DNA of 64,000 nt from Leucoraja ocellata (lineage: Eukaryota). Both the position numbers and the translations under genes were made by a program. The notes under the pieces were generated by a model, which was not told where the DNA came from, searched no databases, and worked only from the letters and a program-made list of their open reading frames with translations. The stretch is from positions 1,674,001-1,738,000 of the forward strand of contig JAWMAR010000342.1 of NCBI GenBank assembly GCA_036785375.1, given 5' to 3'. Shown here in pieces: positions 13,782 to 24,697 of the stretch. Position 1 is the first letter of the stretch. Each line of letters begins with the position of its first letter.

Positions 13782-14654
13782 AAAATTATAAATTGAGACT
13801 CTTGAATTAAAATTCTGGTATGATTTAACCAATTTGAAGGTTGGAACTTGATTTGACCCTACCCATGTGACAGCTTTCTGGCACAGGCGACCCTGTTCTT
13901 AAACTACTATTTTATTTGAGCAAATACCAATATTGTTTTCCCTAACTTTACTGGCAATTGTGTTTTAAGTCAGCATAATGTCACATATTTTAAGCAACCT
14001 TTTCAAAATAATAAGAAAAGGGAAATGTTCAACTTGGGAGCATTAACATAACTTAATATTATTTTCCACTGCTGAGCTTGTTTGACAGATAGGATACATT
14101 TATTAGTAAATGCCATAAGGTGAGCTATTATGGAATATACATTTATAAATTTGTTTCTAAATACATCAGGCTTCAATATAATTATGCAAAATGAATTGGA
14201 GACTTGTCATTTTTAAGTGATCTATTGCCTGTAGATATCTCGAGTCTAGAAATATTTCTGTTGTGTGGTATTTATTGCTGAAATATTTACATAAGCAAAC
14301 TTCTGGTCTTGTTCCACACCTGCATGGACAGTAATCATCTCACCTGTGAAGTAGATGGTGGACACCATCTTCTCTGCAGAATGATTCCTTAAGCGAGTGG
14401 GTGTGGAGAACCGCTTCATGAAGGATGGGCAATACGAAAGTTTCTACTTCCCTGACAATCACTGCAGCAAATAACCACCCATTCCTCCCACTGATTTGTA
14501 GCTCTCCGCTGCCTTTGCTACAACTTCTGGGTTTAGCATTCAGCTCCCTTTACCTCCATCTCTCACTCCATTCATCTCCCAGTTTGAATTTCCTCACTGC
14601 AGACTGAGTGATTAAGCCTTGCCAAATAGAGATGACCTTGTTGGCAATCTGATT

Positions 14655-14745
14655 CAAACTGCTGGAGGAACAGCGGGTTGTATAGCATCAGTGGAGTCAA
14701 AGGGATCGCCAACGTTTCGGGTTGAGACCTTACATCGGTATTGAG
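14655..14745 (-). mobile_element. Penelope-derived short repeat (degenerate hammerhead motif)
   Basis: tgctggaggaacagcgggt...gcatcagtggag...aacgtttcgggttgagaccttacatcgg. Confidence 0.6.
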
Positions 14746-14862
14746 TATTATAGAATCAAAGAGTTATACAACACGGAAAAGGACTTAGCAGCCCAATTCA
14801 TCCATGTGCACAAGGTTGCCTTCTTGCGTTATATTTAACTGGATTTGGCACATATCCCTTTT

Positions 14863-15245
14863 CATAGAAACATAAAAATAAGGTGCAGGAGTAGGTCATT
14901 CGGCCCTTCGAGCCTGCACCGCCATTCAATATGATCATGGCTGATCATCCAACTCAGTATCCTGTACCTGCCTTCTCTCCATACCCCCTAATCCCTTTAG
15001 CCACAAGGGCCACATCTAACTCCCTCTTAAATATAGCCAATGAACTGGCCTCAACTACCTTCTGTGGCAGAGAATTCCAGAGATTCACCACTCTCTGTGT
15101 GAAAAATGTTTTCCTCATCTCGGTCCTAAAAGATTTCCCCCTTATCCTTATACTATGACCCCTTGTTCTGGACTTCCCCAACATTGGGAACAATCTTCCT
15201 GCATCTAGCCTGTCCAACCCCTTAAGAATTTTGTAAGTTTCTATA
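14863..15245 (-). mobile_element. CR1/HER1-like LINE 3' end (young)
   Basis: ORF 14954..15217 (RTRGHSIRIRG...FFTQRVVNLWNSLPQ...FKRELD) and a catagaaa-type tail. Confidence 0.9.
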
Positions 15246-15434
15246 AGAGTATATAAAGAGTATATATAGTTTCTATAAAAGTTTCATATCCATGTACCTT
15301 TCTAAGTATCTAATCATTCATTTTTAATCATTCCTCTTAGGTTTCCTGGAAGCTCATTCCATATACACATCACCCACTGTGAAAATATTGCCCCTTAGGC
15401 CCTTTTAATTCTTTCCCCTCTCACCTTCTATCTA

Positions 15435-16875
15435 CAGTGCATTCAGAAAGTATTCAGACCCCTTCACTTTCACACATTTTGTTACGTTACAGCCTTATTC
15501 TAAAATTGATTAAATTCTTCTTTTTTTTTAAATCATCAATCTACACACAATACCCCATAATAAAAAAGCGAACAGGCGTTTAGAAATTTTTGCAAAGTAA
15601 TTAAAAATAAATAACTGAAATATCACATTTATATACCGGTAAGTATTCAGACCCCTCACTCAGTACTTTGTTGAGGCACCTTTGGCAGCGATTACAGCCT
15701 CAAGTCTTCTTGGGTATGACGTTTCAAACTTGGCACACTTGTATTTGGGTAATTTCTCCCATTCTTCTCTGCAGATCCTCTCAAGCTCTGGTTGGATTCA
15801 CAGCTATTTTCACATCCCTCCAGCGATATTCGATCGGGTTCAAGTCCGGGCTCTGGCTGGGCCACTCAAGGACATTCACAGACTTGTCACAAAGCCGGGG
15901 TGGAAGATTGCAACCTTCACGTGGTCCGCCCTGTTTCAACTAATGCAATCAACTCGACGTGCACAAACGGAAGATCAAATAGAACAAGTTGTCCAACAAC
16001 TTTAGGCTGTGCACGCCACATGAAAGAAGAAGAAGTAACAAAGCCACTCCTGCATTGTCTTGGCTGTGTACTTAGGGTCGTTGTCCTGTTGGAAGGCAAA
16101 CCTCTGCCCCAATCTGAGGTCCTGAACGCTCTGGAGCAGGTTTTCATCAAGGATCTCTCTGTACTTTGCTCCGTTCATCCTTCTCTCGATCCTGACTAGT
16201 CTCCCAGTTCCTGCCACTGGAAAAATCCCCACAGCATGATGCTGCCACTACCATGCTTCACCATAGGTATGGTATTGGTCAGGTGATGAGTGATGCCTAG
16301 TTTCCTCCAGACATGACACTTGGCATTCAATCGTGGACCAGAGAATCTTGTTTAGGTGTCTTTTAGCAAACTCCAAGCGGGCGGTCATGTACCTTTTACT
16401 GAGGAGTGGCTTCCGTCTGGCTACTCTACCAAACAGGCCTGATTGGTGGAGTGCTGCAGATATAGTCGTCCTTCTGGAAGTTTCTCCCATCTCCACAGAG
16501 GAACTCTGGAGCTCTGTCAGAGCGACCATCGGGGTTTTGGTCACCTCCCTGACCAAGGCCCTTCTACCCGACTGCTCAGTTTGGCCAGGCGGCCAGCTCT
16601 ATCAAGAGTCCTGGTGGTTTCAAAGTTCTTCCATTTCTTCGGATAATCAATGGAAACAGGATGCACCAAAGCTCAATTGTGAGTGTCATAGCAAAAGGTC
16701 TGAATACTTATGTAAATGTGATATTTCAGTTATTTATTTTTAATTACTTTGCAAAAAATTCTAAACACCTGTTTTCACTTTTATATTATGAGGTATTGTG
16801 TGTGGATTGATGATTAAAAAAAATGAATTTAATGTAGAAAAAGTGAAGGGGTCTGAATACTTTCTGAATGCACTA
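15435..16875 (-). mobile_element. Tc1-family DNA transposon (IR/DR type), defective transposase
   Basis: TA|cagtgcattcagaaagtattcagacccc...ggggtctgaatactttctgaatgcact TIRs with an internal DR near 15641. Transposase remnants: GRVARRKPLL and GTGRLVRIE...[12 protein letters not shown]. Confidence 0.95.
15897..16037 (+). mobile_element. Short retroposed insert with (GAA)n tail inside Tc1
   Basis: TSD acaaagcc at 15889-15896 and 16038-16045; ends in gaaagaagaagaag. Confidence 0.75.
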
Positions 16876-17461
16876 CATGTCGTCTAGTTTTAGATTCCCC
16901 ATCCTGGGAAAAAGACTGTGAACAATCACCTTATCTATGCCCCTCAAAAGTCCTAGCCTTACCTCTCCTTTTATCTCAAACCCTCCAGACCATATAACAT
17001 CCTTGTGATTCTCTTCTGCACTCTTTCCAGCTTAACATCACCTTTCCATAGTTAGGTGACCAGAAATGCACAATGTATTCATGACCCGTGCGGTCTCACC
17101 AACAACTTGTACAGTTGTAACAGGATGCCCCAACTTCTGTACACAATATCCTGCCAAACACCTTATTGACCATCTTGTTTTCCTGTAATTTCAGAGAGCT
17201 GTGTACCAGTACCTCTAGGTGATATCTTACAACATGCTCCAGGCTCCATTATTTACAGTGTACCTTCTGCCCTGGTTTAACTTCCCACACTAGTCCAAGT
17301 CAAATTCCATCTGCTATTTTTTGGTCCACTTCCCCAGTTCATCTAGATGCCTTTGAGATCTTAGATAACCTTCGTCAGTGTCCAATATACCACCAATTTT
17401 GGTGCCATCCACAAATTTACTGACTTACTGCAAACAACATTATAATCCAAATCGTTACTAT

Positions 17462-17598
17462 AAATGTTTAGGAAGGAACTACAGATGCTGGTTTAAACTG
17501 AAGAGAGACACAAAAAGATGGAGTAACTCAGTGGGACAGGCAGCATCTTTAGAGAGAAGGAATGGATGACGTTTTGGATCGAGACCGTTCTTCAGACT
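17462..17598 (-). mobile_element. Penelope-derived short element (hammerhead with GAAA changed to AAAA)
   Basis: Minus strand reads agtCTGAAGAacggtctcgatccAAAAcgtca. Confidence 0.8.
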
Positions 17599-17739
17599 CT
17601 TCTTCACATAGATGACATACATCAGTGGGCCCAACACCAATCCCTGTCGTATATCACTAGCCACAGGCTTTCAAACTATGAAACAACCCTCAAACACCCT
17701 CTGATTCCTTCTAGCTAGCTAAGGGAGCATAGAGGCAAG

Positions 17740-18230
17740 ATATTCAGTAGGGGTGGGTAAGCTCAGGGCTTGCAGGCAATGGGTGGACAAAATGAGGAAG
17801 GGGGTGATGGAAAGATGAGCCAGATAGTGAAGGGGGAAGGGTGAAGTTAGGAGATAAAGTCTAGTGAGTGATAGTTAGAGACAAAAAAGGGACAAATGGA
17901 GCCACACAGGGGAAGGAAAGATGTGATTAGAGCTAGAAGCTGGAAGGTGATAAGTGGAAAGGAGAGGCTACAGATACAGAATTTGATAAGTAAGGAATGT
18001 GATAACTGGGAACTGATTAAAAAAAAAAGAAAGGGAAGTTGGGCAGATGGAACTAGTTGGGGGAGGGGACAGGAGGACCAGTAGGTGTGATGTGTGGGTG
18101 ATAGACAAATGGAACCAGAAGGAGAGAGAACTGATTACAGTATGTCTGGGTTACTCCAAGTTAGAAAATTAAATGTTCATCCTATTGGGTATAACGGCCT
18201 TGGCAGAATATAGAGTACTGTACTTCTAAA
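17740..18230 (-). mobile_element. Old Penelope-like element 3' fragment
   Basis: The minus strand has a degenerate LE...IF...G...P.GMNI.FSN end followed by a pyrimidine-rich 3' region, as in the 19540 copy. Confidence 0.55.
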
Positions 18231-18719
18231 AGTGAGTAATTGATTGGTTTTGAGAGAGTTTGGGAAATGTTGGTAAGTTAACTGCAAGTCTCAATATGAT
18301 TGGAAGTTAAGAGTTGGGAAGGACATGTTGATAGAGTTAGCAATGATCACTTTTGAGCTTGGAGAAAGAGGAAAATATCCTCACCTACTGTCATTTTTTG
18401 AGGGACCAGGACAGGTATTTTGAAGGTTGAGATGTTCCTGATTAAATAGACAAGCAGTTCTGGATCTGGATCTGGATGTAGTACGTTGAAAAGCTCGAGG
18501 TAGAGCATCACTCAGCACAGCCCACCCCACCCTACTCCTTTTAACCAACCACTGAGGCCAACACCTTTATTTCCCTGGGCCCTAAATTCTGGAATTCTCT
18601 CTCAGCTTCTATAGATCCCCCCACCCATAAGATTTCCCTTAGACCCACTTTTTGATTGTGTCTCTAAATGTATTTTTCTTTGTTTGCACACATGTTTTTT
18701 CTGATTATGCACCTATGAA

Positions 18720-18952
18720 GTATTTATGGAATTCCCTGCCACAGAGGGCAGTGGAGGCCAAGTCACTGGATGGATTTAAGAGAGAGTTAGATAGAGCTCT
18801 AGGGGCTAGTGGAGTCAAGGGATATGGGGAGAAGGCAGGCACGGGTTATTGATAGGGGACAATCAGCCATGATCACAATGAATGGCGATGCTGGCTCGAA
18901 GGGCCGAATGGCCTCCTCCTGCACCTATTTTCTATGTTTCTATGTTTCTATG
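18720..18952 (+). mobile_element. CR1/HER1-like LINE 3' end
   Basis: LWNSLPQRAVEA...FKRELD; tail (tttctatg)n. Confidence 0.9.
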
Positions 18953-19163
18953 TAGGTTCAGATCGGTGCAAAATATTCCTGTTGTCTATATTTCCCCCTC
19001 TCTCACAGCCTGCAATGTAGCATTGAACAAGTAACAAAAGGAAACATTATTTGATATTCCAGTCAATGTTCCTATTTTCATTTTAATGAGAATATTGTAT
19101 AATTATATTGTATGAAACAATAGATGTAATTATCAAGTGTTTTTGTATATTAAAAATTATAAA

Positions 19164-19480
19164 CAGCACGGTGGCGCAGCGGTAGAGTGCTGCCTTACAG
19201 CGCCAGAGACACAGATTCAATCCTGACTACACGTGCTATCTGTACGGAGTTTACACATTACGTTCTCCCTGTGACCACATGGGCTTTCCCTGGGTACACC
19301 GATTTCCTCCCAAACTCGAAAGACGTACCGGTTTGTAGGTTAATTGGCTTCGGTAAAGATTGTAAATTGTAAATTGTCCCTAGTGTGTAGGATAGTGCTA
19401 GTGTGCAGGGATCGCTGGTTGGCGTGGACTCGGTGTGCCGAAGGGCCGGTTTCTGCGCTGTACCTCTAAACTAATCAAAT
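19164..19480 (+). mobile_element. HE1-type tRNA-derived V-SINE
   Basis: A box gtggcgcagcggtagag, B-box remnant gattcaatcc, V-domain (gtttcctcccaaactcgaaagacgt), CR1-like tail. Confidence 0.9.
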
Positions 19481-19539
19481 AAGTGCAAAGAGCAAGGACT
19501 TAGTGCTGTGCAGAAACAATGATTAACAACGTTTGAACA

Positions 19540-19900
19540 AAGCACTTCAACTCCCCCTCCCATTCCGAATCTGACCTTTCTGCCCTGGGCCTTCTCCATT
19601 GCCAGACTCCTAGTGCAAATTGGAGGAGCAGCACCTCATATTTCGCTTGGGTAGTTTACACCCCAGCGGTATGAGCATTGACTTCTCTAATTTCAGATAG
19701 TCCTTGCTTTTTCCTTGCTCCCCTTTCCCAGCTCTCCCACAAGCCTACTGTCTCCACCTCTTCCTTTCTTTTTCCCAACCCCCCCCCCCCCCCACCAGCA
19801 TCAGTCTGAAGAAGGGTCTCGAGCCGAAACGTCACCTATTCCTTCTCTCCATAGATGCTGCCTCACCCGCTGAGTCTCTCCAGCATTTTTGTCGACCAAT
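19540..19900 (+). mobile_element. Penelope-like element 3' end (GIY-YIG C-terminus plus terminal repeat)
   Basis: Translates as HFNSPSHSESDLSALGLLHCQ.../KLEEQHLIFRLGSLHPSGMSIDFSNFR*, a typical vertebrate PLE endonuclease end. It is followed by a pyrimidine tract and the hammerhead-bearing repeat. Confidence 0.85.
19802..19837 (+). ncRNA. Minimal type I hammerhead ribozyme motif
   Basis: cagt-CTGAAGA(19806-12)-a-gggt ctcg agcc-GAAA(19826-29)-c-GTC-acc. The core is complete, stem II has one mismatch, helix III is the palindrome ACGT. Activity untested. Confidence 0.65.
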
Positions 19901-20347
19901 GTATTAATGAAGTAACTTTAATGTAAGTCAATGACCTGAAACATTAAAACCATTCCTCTCTCCACAGATGCTGTCTCATCTGCTGAGTACCTACTGCATT
20001 ATTTGTTTTATTTAAAATTTCAAGCATTTGCAGCCTTTGCTTTATGAATTATAATGGGGAACTCTCTCATTCAAGTACAACCTTTATCATTCACTGTCCA
20101 TTTAGACTCTCCCCATTATTTGTGCTGCTCTCTCATTTTCACAAACACAATCACAGTGACCTTCACCCACCCAAACGGACCTGGATATGTAAATAATTAT
20201 GCAAATAATATCCAGGAGATTTGAATGTTATTAGTATAATACCATCTCTTAACTAAATTTAATTTGAATGAGTAAAATAAAAATAACTCATTTGTTCCTG
20301 TTTCTTCCCTCTCCATCCTGAAGTGGCATTTGGGTGTCATGCAGTAT

Positions 20348-20672
20348 TAGAGTCATCGAGTGATACAGTGTGGAAACAGGCCCTTCGGCCCAACTTGCCC
20401 ACATCGGCCAACATGTCCCAGCTACACTAGTCCCACCTGCCCGCGTTTAGCCCGTATCCCTCTAAACCTGTCCTATCCATGTACCTGTCTAACTGTCTCT
20501 TAAATGTTGGGATAGTCCCAGCCTCAACTACCTCCTCTGGCAGCTTGTTCCATACACCCATCACCCTCTGTGTGAGAAAGTTTCCCCTCAGATTCCGATT
20601 AGATCTTTTCCCCTTCACCTTGAACCTATGTCCTCTGTTCCTCGATTCCCAATCTCTGGGTAAGAGATTTTT
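20348..20672 (-). mobile_element. CR1/HER1-like LINE 3' end
   Basis: ORF 20427..20678 (SRNRGHRFKVKG...FLTQRVMGVWNKLPEEVVEA...FKRQLDRYM). Confidence 0.9.
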
Positions 20673-21430
20673 TTTCATCTCCTGTACCTTCTGTACACGA
20701 GTCCCTGCCTGGTCGCTCCGCCAGCCTGCATTATATTGTTATACAAAGAGCTCTCATTCAAATAAACACAAATTCAGAGCAGGGACAAAATCAAAAAACA
20801 AAATTGCCTTTGGCGATTCAAACCAATATCCCAAAACATGTGTCTCTCACCTCCCTTCACCAGAATTCTGATTTTGATTGCAGAACTCTGGTGCCAGAAA
20901 TTCCTGCCCTTATAGGTATACAGTGCCCTCCATAATAATGTTTGGGACAAAGACCCATCATTTATTTATTTGCCTCTGTACTCAACAATTTGAGATTTGT
21001 AATAGAAAAAAATCATGCATGGTTAAAGTGCACATTGTCAGATTTTAATAAAGGCCATTTTTATACATTTTGGTTTCACTATGTAGAAATTACAGCAGCG
21101 TTTATACATCACCCCCCATTTTAGGGCACCGTAATGTTTGGGACACAGCAATGTCATGTAAATGAAAATAGTCTTGTTTAATATTTTGTTGCATTTTCTC
21201 TGCATGCAATGACTGCTTGAAGTCTGCGATTCGTGGATATCACCAGTTGCTGGGTGTATTCTCTGGTGATGCTCTGCCAGGCCTGTATTGCAGCCATCTT
21301 TAGCTTATGCTTGTTTTGGGGGCTAGTCTCCTTTAGTTTTCTCTTCAGCACATAAAAGGCATACTCAATTGGGTTCAGATCGAGTGATTGACTCGGCCAC
21401 TCAAGAATTGACCATTTTTTAGCTTTGAAA

Positions 21431-21596
21431 GGCATCAAGGAAAGAGAGTTCACATTGCGACCCTGTTTTCACCAATCTTTCCACCAAATCGCACAAGAAG
21501 CACAAGACAGACAGCACTGTATGCAGGTGCCAAGAAGTGTGTTCAGTTCTGGCTGAACAACATCTAATCTTGTGTGTGGACTCGATAAGAAGAAAA
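21431..21596 (+). mobile_element. Short insert with taagaagaaaa tail inside Tc1
   Basis: 10-bp TSD agctttgaaa at 21421-21430 and 21597-21606. Confidence 0.7.
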
Positions 21597-21861
21597 AGCT
21601 TTGAAAAACTCCTTTGTTGCTTTAGCAGTAAGTTTAGCTTATGCTTGTTTTGGGGGGTAGTCCTGTTCAGTTTTCTCTTCAGCATGTAAAAGGCATGCAT
21701 CAATTGGGTTCAGATCAGGTGATTGACTTGGCCACTCAAGAATTGACCATTTTTTAGCTGTGAAAAACTCCTTTCTTGCTTCAGTGGTATGTTTGGGATC
21801 ATTGTCTTGCTGTAGAATGAACCGCTGGACAATGAGTTTTGAGGCATTTGTTCAGTTCAGT

Positions 21862-22382
21862 TCAGTCCTATAACCATGTTATAGGAAATATATTGTCAAG
21901 CTTGAAAAGGTTCAGAAAAGATTTACGCGGATGTTGCCAGGACTAGAGTGTGTGAGCTATAGGGAGAGGTTGAGTAGGCTGGGTCTCTTTTCCATGGAGC
22001 GTTGGAAGAGGGGAGATCTTATAGAGGTATACAAAATCATGAGAGGAATAGATCGGGTAGATGCACAGTCTTTTACCCAGAGAAGGGAAATCGAGGACCA
22101 GAGGACATAGGTTCAAGGTGAAGGGGAAAAGATTTAATGGGAATCCGAGAGGTAACTTTTTCACACAGTGGGCGGTGGGTGTATGGAACAAGCTGCCGGA
22201 GGCAGTAGTTGAGGCTGGGACTATCCCATCATTTAAGAAACAGTTGGACAGGTACATGGGTAGGACAGGTTTGGAGGGTTATGGACCAAGTGCAGGCAAG
22301 TGGAACTAGGGTCATTGTTGGCCGGTTTGGGCGAGTGAGCCGAAGGGCCTGTTTCCACACTGTATTAATCTATGACTCTATA
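21862..22382 (+). mobile_element. CR1/HER1-like LINE 3' fragment nested in Tc1
   Basis: ORF 22061..22309 (SRTRGHRFKVKG...FFTQWAVGVWNKLP). Confidence 0.9.
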
Positions 22383-22782
22383 ATCGCTTCTTTGACTTTA
22401 ATTGGCACTACTTTGGCCCTCGTGTTAATAAACAGCCATTAAAATTTCCAAAGGCAGTGGAAAGACTGGAAGAAAGAATAGGTGCTGAGAGCTCTCTTAT
22501 ACCTGCGTTAAAGAGGCAATTAAACACTCTTGAGCAATTACAAACGCCTGTGAAGCCATGTGTCCCAGATATTATGGTGCCCTGAAATGAGGGGACTATG
22601 TATAAACACAGCTGTAATTTCTACATGGTGAAACCAATATGTATAAAAATGGCCTTTAATAAAATCTGACAATGTGCACTTCAACCACATAGTATTTTTT
22701 CTTTTACAAATCTCAAATTGTGGAATACAGAGGCAAATAAATAAATGATGGGTCTTTGTCCCAAATATTATGGAGGGCAGTG

Positions 22783-22995
22783 TCGGTGGAATTCTCTACC
22801 TCAGAGGGCGGTGGAGGCAGGTTCTCTGGATGTTTTCAAGAGAGAGCTAAATAGGCCTCTTAAAAATAGTGGTCAGGGTATATGGGGATAAGACAGGAAC
22901 GGGGTACTGATTGGGGATGATCAGCCATGATCACATTGAATGGCGGTGCTGGCTCGAAGGGCCGAATGGCCTACTACTGCACCTATTGTCTATTG
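22783..22995 (+). mobile_element. CR1/HER1-like LINE 3' end
   Basis: gtggaattctctacctcagagggcggtggagg...ggctcgaagggccgaatggcctactactgcacctattgtctat. Confidence 0.9.
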
Positions 22996-23059
22996 GCACT
23001 GTATCTGACCACAGTCTGCTGTAACCAAAATTACTTCAGATAAGGAAGACTCATGCAAG

Positions 23060-23772
23060 CATAGGCAAAAATCCCGGGGGGGGGGGGGGGGGGAGACACG
23101 TTGCCCCCCCCCATGTTTTGAGAAGTTGGGGACAATCCCCCCCATGTTTTGTAATTCGGTGAAAAAAAATATTTAAAATCTCCACTTTCCGCGAGACGGT
23201 GGGGGTGGGACAGATGACCGAGGGCGCCGATTGGACGAGAGTGACGTCGGTCAGCAGGCAATGGGGGGGGGGGGGGACATGAGATTCAGTGAGATGATTG
23301 GAGGGAGGTGTCTCGCAGAGGCGGAGTAGGGGGTGGGACTGAGGATAGAGAGTGGTGATTGGAGGAGGGAGATATTCTGGTGGAGCAAAGATGATAGAGC
23401 GGAGCTTGAATCAGCCCGTTCACTGGTCTTTCATCGCCCGAAGCGGCCCAAAATCGGCCCCGCGGTCCTATTGCTGCGTCGAGATGATCGAGGCTCACGA
23501 TGTTGAAGACCATGCCGGGCGATGGAAGATGCGGTGGCCGGTTTTAAGCCGTGCCGGGCGATGAAACGCCCCGTGAACGGGCCAAATCAAGCCACACGAT
23601 TCGGGGCGGGCGAAGCTGCTATTGCTGGAGTTCGGAGTCGGTACCAATCAGGTCAGCTCCCGATGTTACCATCCACAGGGTCCACGGCCGAAGCCTCAGA
23701 AGCCTCGCGTGTATGTGTGTGTTCCTAAGGAATTGTGTCTCCCCCATGTTTTGACAGCGATTTCCACCCCTG
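23060..23772. mobile_element. Non-autonomous hAT-like DNA transposon
   Basis: Perfect 8-bp TSD catgcaag (23052-59 and 23773-80); imperfect TIRs cataggcaaaaatccc / gcgatttccacccctg; CpG-rich interior with poly-G runs. Confidence 0.85.
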
Positions 23773-23896
23773 CATGCAAGAGCAGTGATCGGAAAGAAGT
23801 GGTGAAGAGACAAAAACTGGGAGTACCACTTCACGTTACATGGGCATATTGGGGGATCTTAAGTCTTTTAAAATTAAGATTTGATCCATTCTTCCT

Positions 23897-24697
23897 CCAT
23901 ATGTGCCCATCATGGCCTAATCCAATGCAAAGTCCACTACACAAACGCAAGATTATCTAGAATATACCCCGCTGTTAAAGACACCTGCAACAGATGCAAA
24001 AAACCCCCAGCCAACCATAGTCATATGTTTTGGTCTTGCCCCAAGCTAGCAACCTTTTGGAGGAGTGCTTTCGACGTTCTAAGCAGAGCCTATGGCCAGA
24101 CTATTCCTCCAAACCCACTGTCAGCTATTTTTGGTATTCCTCCCAACACCAACCTCTCTGTTGCGTTGAAGCGGGTCCTGGCTTTTACAACCTTGTTAGC
24201 CCGGAGACTGGTCTTGCTTAACTGGAGGCTTACCTGTCCCCCAACACACGCCCGCTGGATTAAGGAGGTGCTCTACAATTTAAAGCTTGAAAAACTTAGG
24301 TTCTCTCTCAAAGGCTCTACCAAGACATTCCTAGATACATGGAACCCTTTCCTGGAACTTGTTAACTCTCTTAACTTGTTTCCGGACTCGGAAGAGGACT
24401 GAGTGCCCTCTATCACTGCTCTGTTTTATTGCAGCTGCTATCCCCTCAACCCCCCCCCCACCCCTTTTTTTTTTTCTTTAATTTTGTTTATCTTATCGTA
24501 TTTGTGTGGATGTGTACGTATGCGAGTGTTGTTTGTCCCCGGGTGGCGAGGGTGGGTAAGGGTAGGGGTTTTGAGGGTCGTTTACATACTGTTGTACAAT
24601 TATGTCCTGACTATCACTGTCTGTTATCATTGTATGTATGCAAATTGTTGTTAAATTCAAAATTCAAATAAAAAGATTTAAATTAAATTAAAATTAA
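23897..24697 (+). mobile_element. L1-clade LINE, 5'-truncated (ORF2 C-terminal Cys/His domain, 3'UTR, tail)
   Basis: ORF 23881..24402 with CNRC...HMFWSCPKL..FW and LARRLVLLNW...LEKL...TWNPF; aataaa at about 24667 and an (aaatt)n tail. Confidence 0.9.

Larger units (their letters stand above)
15290..17720 (-). mobile_element. Older CR1-like LINE interrupted by Tc1 (15435-16875) and a Penelope short element (17462-17598)
   Basis: The CR1 sequence resumes across both insertions (ctcaccttctatcta|...|tgtcgtctagttttagattcccc; QGLVLGPL motif near 17600-17660). Confidence 0.75.
20921..22782 (-). mobile_element. Tc1-family DNA transposon, defective, with nested inserts and an internal duplication
   Basis: TA|cagtgccctccataa..tgtttgggacaaagaccc...gggtctttgtcccaaatattatggagggcagtg TIRs (about 200 bp); remnant WPSQSLDLNPIE in ORF 21178..21453. 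Confidence 0.92.

Noticed and set aside
13843-13859. DR5 retinoic acid response element-like GGGTCA-aatca-AGTTCC on the minus strand
   Set aside because: One mismatch in a half-site; a few such matches are expected by chance in 64 kb and I have no conservation evidence.
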